From an uncultured virus (IMG/VR IMGVR_UViG_3300028393_000055) (taxonomy: Duplodnaviria > Heunggongvirae > Uroviricota > Caudoviricetes), in the IMG/VR virus record IMGVR_UViG_3300028393_000055: a DNA stretch of 20,000 nucleotides. One strand, given 5' to 3'. Positions 16,676 to 20,000 of this stretch are shown piece by piece. Positions within the stretch are counted from its first letter, which is position 1. The number at the start of each line of letters is the position of its first letter. A program made the position numbers and the translations under genes. A model generated the notes under the pieces. The model made no database searches. It was not told where the DNA came from and worked only from the letters and a program-made list of their open reading frames with translations.

Positions 16676-17273
16676 CTTGCTTTATATCTACAGTGTTTGT
16701 TGCACCTAAGATATTCACATCGGCTTCATGTCCATTCGTAGATGCTACGCCTGTCTGAATGATGTTGACACTATTGCCACCACCACCGTCAATAAGAACC
16801 GTACTCTTCGCACCCGCGACTGCGCTGGAATCATTCTCTATGTTTACGGTGTTGTTGTCTGTGTTTACCGTCACGTTGGATATCGTGAACCCCTCGGCCT
16901 TTTGAGTGATTACGTTGTTATCGCCTGTGATGGTATTATTCAATGTTGAACCAGTACATGTACCACTGACACCGCATTGCATGTTGATGGTGTTATTATC
17001 ACCAGTAACAAGTGAAGACGCGGTTACGCCATCACCTTGAACATTGATGCTCATTAGGTTGGTGTTACCAATCTGGTCAATCGTGACAGTATTGTTCTGC
17101 CCGTTGAATATTGCTTTGTCGGTAGAATTTCCAATCACGTTCGAATTGCCAGTCTGAGTCATAGAAATTGTAGAACCACTACCGATTTGGTCTACATACA
17201 CACTATTGCTCGCGGCGTTTGCATATTGAAGCATAACCAAGAATGACAAAAATGCCAGTCTTGTACGTTTCAT
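16596..17273 (-). CDS. Curlin-like repeat protein (CsgA/CsgB-like beta-solenoid)
   Basis: Signal peptide, then N/G/T/Q-rich repeats: NSVYVDQIGSG, ISMTQTGNSN, NTVTIDQIGNTN, NSVNIIQTG, NTVDIKQGG. Confidence 0.75.
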   Translation of the reverse strand: MKRTRLAFLSFLVMLQYANAASNSVYVDQIGSGSTISMTQTGNSNVIGNSTDKAIFNGQNNTVTIDQIGNTNLMSINVQGDGVTASSLVTGDNNTINMQCGVSGTCTGSTLNNTITGDNNVITQKAEGFTISNVTVNTDNNTVNIENDSSAVAGAKSTVLIDGGGGNSVNIIQTGVASTNGHEADVNILGATNTVDIKQGGGVDSKVISTITGSGNTLLIKSNHN

Positions 17274-17278
17274 TTTGT

Positions 17279-18079
17279 TTACCTCTTCTTGATACTCCAG
17301 AGCTTCTTTTTGGCTCCCTCTTTTATCATATCGACCACTGCGGCTTCTATTGCTATTCTAACTGCATATGTTGTAGGTTCATTCGCTGCTGTTCCAGCTT
17401 CAAACTCGACAGACCTTGTACCCGCATCAACAAACTTAAACACATTCGCACCTGCGCTGGTGCTTAGAATAGTCTTGGATGATCCAGTGGACAACAGAAC
17501 TTCGCCTGTGTTTATGGATATCAAACGCAGAACCACCGTGACTTCATCCTTACGGTACTCTTGGTTGGCCCCAACGCCAAGGAATCGTGCGCCAATACCA
17601 CCAGTGCCAATGTTTGAATCAAAGCCAACAATCCCACCATCAATCATAATACCTGCGACGGTCAGTGGTGTAAGCGGCTTTGCCTGATCCTTTTCGTATA
17701 GCTCACGTTGGCTACGAATGAGCTGGCGTTCCTTTACCAGGTTCTCAAGCGAGGCCCGCTCTACCACTTGAAACCACCGACCCCTACCGGCGTCCTGGAG
17801 AGCTTTTATCAGGAATACCTCTGCACCCTGCGTGACTGCGGAACTCAAGCTGGCAAAGTTGGTAGCGGGCTTGCGTTGACCAGTCATATCCGGGAAGCGG
17901 TAGACTGCGATCGGAATGATATCGCCATTCACACCTCTCAAATTAGCCAACTCATTGAACCGCTTGTTCATAATGATTTCTGGTGCGTCTGCTACCTCTT
18001 CAATCACATCCTTTGACATAAGCGTTGGCGAGCAACCAGCCAACAGTAGGCCTACCAATACCATACCAATCTTTACCAT
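17279..18079 (-). CDS. csgG: CsgG-like outer-membrane secretion pore lipoprotein
   Basis: Lipobox LLAGC; IAVYRFPDMTGQRKP, SSAVTQGA, LIKALQDAG, WFQVVER, LVKERQLIRS, GGIVGFDSN, GGIGARFLGVG, YRKDEVTVVLR, NEP. Confidence 0.94.
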   Translation of the reverse strand: MVKIGMVLVGLLLAGCSPTLMSKDVIEEVADAPEIIMNKRFNELANLRGVNGDIIPIAVYRFPDMTGQRKPATNFASLSSAVTQGAEVFLIKALQDAGRGRWFQVVERASLENLVKERQLIRSQRELYEKDQAKPLTPLTVAGIMIDGGIVGFDSNIGTGGIGARFLGVGANQEYRKDEVTVVLRLISINTGEVLLSTGSSKTILSTSAGANVFKFVDAGTRSVEFEAGTAANEPTTYAVRIAIEAAVVDMIKEGAKKKLWSIKKR

Positions 18080-18513
18080 GCTAAACTCCCGTAGGGAACC
18101 ACAACCTCTGTGACGCTACCAGCTGCGTCGGTTATTCGTAATGTAATCTGTGAACCATCCGATGACCATTGGACATTGTTTGTCGCTATGCTAAATGTGC
18201 CAGACGTTGCACCATTATCAGTAAACAACTGCTCGGCTATCTTCTGTGAGAGTGTAGCATATACACGGCTCTCGAGGTTATTGATAAACTTCGCAAGGTT
18301 CGTATTCTTTGCATCAGATGCGGCCTTGGATGCAGCCGCAACCTTGTCATCCATGATCTTCTGGCGTCTGGTCTGTTCTAAGTTCTCAATGGTTAGGACA
18401 TGTGAAGAAAAGCCCACACCTGAGAAGGCGGGGCTTTTAAAGTTAAACTGTAGTTCGGTCGCATATAGCGGCATTGCAGCCACACATAACAAAGCTACTA
18501 AAAGCTTTCTCAT
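18073..18513 (-). CDS. csgF: CsgF-like curli assembly protein
   Basis: Signal peptide followed by TELQFNFKSPAFSG (the CsgF N-terminal pore-binding motif), FINNLESRVYATLS, ITDAAGSVTEVVVP. It lies directly upstream of csgG. Confidence 0.85.
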   Translation of the reverse strand: MRKLLVALLCVAAMPLYATELQFNFKSPAFSGVGFSSHVLTIENLEQTRRQKIMDDKVAAASKAASDAKNTNLAKFINNLESRVYATLSQKIAEQLFTDNGATSGTFSIATNNVQWSSDGSQITLRITDAAGSVTEVVVPYGSLAW

Positions 18514-18518
18514 GCACC

Positions 18519-18526
18519 TATTTATA
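18519..18526 (-). promoter_or_regulatory. T4 late promoter for the csgF-cyclase operon
   Basis: TATAAATA lies 5 nt upstream of the csgF ATG and overlaps the thyX stop codon. Confidence 0.7.
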
Positions 18527-19211
18527 TGTCAAGGGATGCCAGTACTTCTTTGAGCGATGGGAATGCGTCGGTAATCTGATCCCAGGCCTGCATAGCAATC
18601 TCACGGTGTTCCTTCTGAGTGCTTGCGTCTGTTCTTACTTGGCAATAATGGATCCAAGAGCGAAGGCTGCCAGCCATATACATGCGACTAAGAATAAGTC
18701 CCTCAGGTAGTACAGCACGAGCTTGCTCCTTTGCGATTCCGTTTTCGATTGCCCAGTTGTATGTTTGTTCTGCTGCTTTGATGAGCATGACTTGGTTGTT
18801 GTGCCATTCCCGTTTGAGATCTTCGTCGGAAATCTCAATCGAGTTCTGTCGGTTTTTTGTGTCTTGTAGACGGGCTTCACGGGTAACGAACCCCATGTCT
18901 TTTGTGGGATCGGCATAGCGTTGACTGAACTCCTGAAAACGGAATGAACGGTGACGCAGGATCTGTCTACCAATATCACGGGTGGTATTGATTTCCATCA
19001 CCACATCAACCATCTCAAACGGTGACCAATGCTTATGCTTCGCAAGGTACTTCAAAAGCTTTGAAGCTGTCAGTGAGTTATTCTGATTAGATGGATTACT
19101 CACGCGGGCCACGTATGCGATAAACTCATCAACCGAAAGCTTCTGAGGATCACCGGGTGCATCCGTCCAAATCTTCGGTTCTGTCATAGCAATAATTTTA
19201 GCAGTGTTCAT
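18522..19211 (-). CDS. thyX: Flavin-dependent thymidylate synthase
   Basis: YVARVSNP, HWSPFE, QILRHRSFRFQEFSQRY, AKEQARAVLP, SLRSWIHY, TQKEHREIA. Confidence 0.96.
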   Translation of the reverse strand: MNTAKIIAMTEPKIWTDAPGDPQKLSVDEFIAYVARVSNPSNQNNSLTASKLLKYLAKHKHWSPFEMVDVVMEINTTRDIGRQILRHRSFRFQEFSQRYADPTKDMGFVTREARLQDTKNRQNSIEISDEDLKREWHNNQVMLIKAAEQTYNWAIENGIAKEQARAVLPEGLILSRMYMAGSLRSWIHYCQVRTDASTQKEHREIAMQAWDQITDAFPSLKEVLASLDI

Positions 19212-19420
19212 ACTGTAGCTTCCTTGATTAGTTTCATAACTTGTGTGGCGGACTCTTCAACTTCCCATGTGATCGGAGGTCCAATTCTTGCATGAATGAA
19301 GGTTGTCAAGCTACCATCTTTAATTTTAGCATGGTCATATACCGCAGTGATATGATCGACATTAATGAAGATGGCTTCACCTTGAAATTCATTCGCGGTG
19401 TTTGTTACTTTTATGAACAT
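19208..19420 (-). CDS. Small protein resembling the FlbD/SwrD family
   Basis: Likely start at MFIKVTN (19420); pattern IFINVDHITAV...TFI...WEVEESATQVMKLI. Confidence 0.5.
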   Translation of the reverse strand: MFIKVTNTANEFQGEAIFINVDHITAVYDHAKIKDGSLTTFIHARIGPPITWEVEESATQVMKLIKEATV

Positions 19421-19941
19421 TGTGATCCTTTTTCTAGGAGAAAATATAGAACGGCCGGTTCTATAGTCCAATGTGGTTGCATATGTGTGATATTCACATT
19501 GATTAGTTTTTCGAATGCGTTTAGTGACGTTCGAGTATGGTCTTTTGTTGTAAACCGTGAGGCTTCAAATGCTTGCAAATATTCGCTTGTTCTAATTTTA
19601 TTTTTTCCTGGGAATTGGATATTCGTAACCAGTGCATATTTGACACAATCGTAAAGAATATTTAAAGTTTGATTCAAATGTTCTTTATTGACATGATTTA
19701 GAGAATTGTGGCATACCACAATATCATATGTGCCTCCAGGAAATCTATTATAGTTGAGTAGAAATGGATCATAACGAGTGACAGTTACACCCGGTATATT
19801 TAACAATGTCTTTCCAGCACCATAATCTAAAACTGTTTTTGCGTTGTAATCACTGCAAATTTTTCCAATATCTTTAACACCATCGGTACCCACAAAGAAA
19901 TAATTATCTTTGATGTCACCTTCAAACGCTTGATTTGTCAT
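19411..19941 (-). CDS. Class I SAM-dependent methyltransferase-like protein
   Basis: TVLDYGAGK (motif I), YDP, YDIVVCHNSLNHV. Confidence 0.75.
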   Translation of the reverse strand: MTNQAFEGDIKDNYFFVGTDGVKDIGKICSDYNAKTVLDYGAGKTLLNIPGVTVTRYDPFLLNYNRFPGGTYDIVVCHNSLNHVNKEHLNQTLNILYDCVKYALVTNIQFPGKNKIRTSEYLQAFEASRFTTKDHTRTSLNAFEKLINVNITHMQPHWTIEPAVLYFLLEKGSQCS

Positions 19942-20000
19942 ATTTAAACCAATCTGGTGCAGGCCGATTTGTCCATTTTGCGAAATGCGCTTTGTGTTCT
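19922..20000 (-). CDS. 3' end of an upstream gene (partial), possibly a pyrimidine-dimer glycosylase family protein
   Basis: The frame reads EHKAHFAKWTNRPAPDWFKYDKSSV*. K..FAKWT.R..P.WF resembles the C-terminus of that phage family, but only 25 aa are visible. Confidence 0.4.
   Translation of the reverse strand, partial: EHKAHFAKWTNRPAPDWFKYDKSSV

Noticed and set aside
13246..18513. Bacterial contamination or chimeric assembly of the curli-cyclase block
   Set aside because: Its promoter is a T4 late box overlapping the thyX stop, gene packing is phage-like, and no compositional break is obvious. Read mapping would be the decisive test.

Overview
This window is a segment of a T4-like myovirus genome. 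Evidence: gp32, gp59, gp33, PhoH, an exonuclease, ThyX and several TATAAATA late-promoter boxes. The host is probably an alphaproteobacterium, based on the permuted two-piece tmRNA with a GGCAGUA T-loop and an ANDN...ALAA tag. The most striking element is a tightly coupled six-gene minus-strand operon (13246-18513) behind a T4 late promoter: CsgF-like, CsgG-like lipoprotein pore, curlin-like repeat protein, FecR-domain protein, small curlin-like protein, and a CHASE2 membrane adenylate cyclase with intact catalytic residues. It looks like a phage-encoded trans-envelope secretion and cAMP signalling system, and it converges on a pair of paralogous YvrJ/holin-like membrane genes that are split by an AT-rich carbamoyltransferase. 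Other content: the tmRNA and a tRNA-Gln(UUG), neither shown by the ORF track; KdsA; a cupin fused to a four-cysteine domain; a nucleotidyltransferase-like protein; composite sigma70/late promoters; and an exact 45-nt in-frame tandem duplication. All family assignments come from motif recognition by eye, without database searches.
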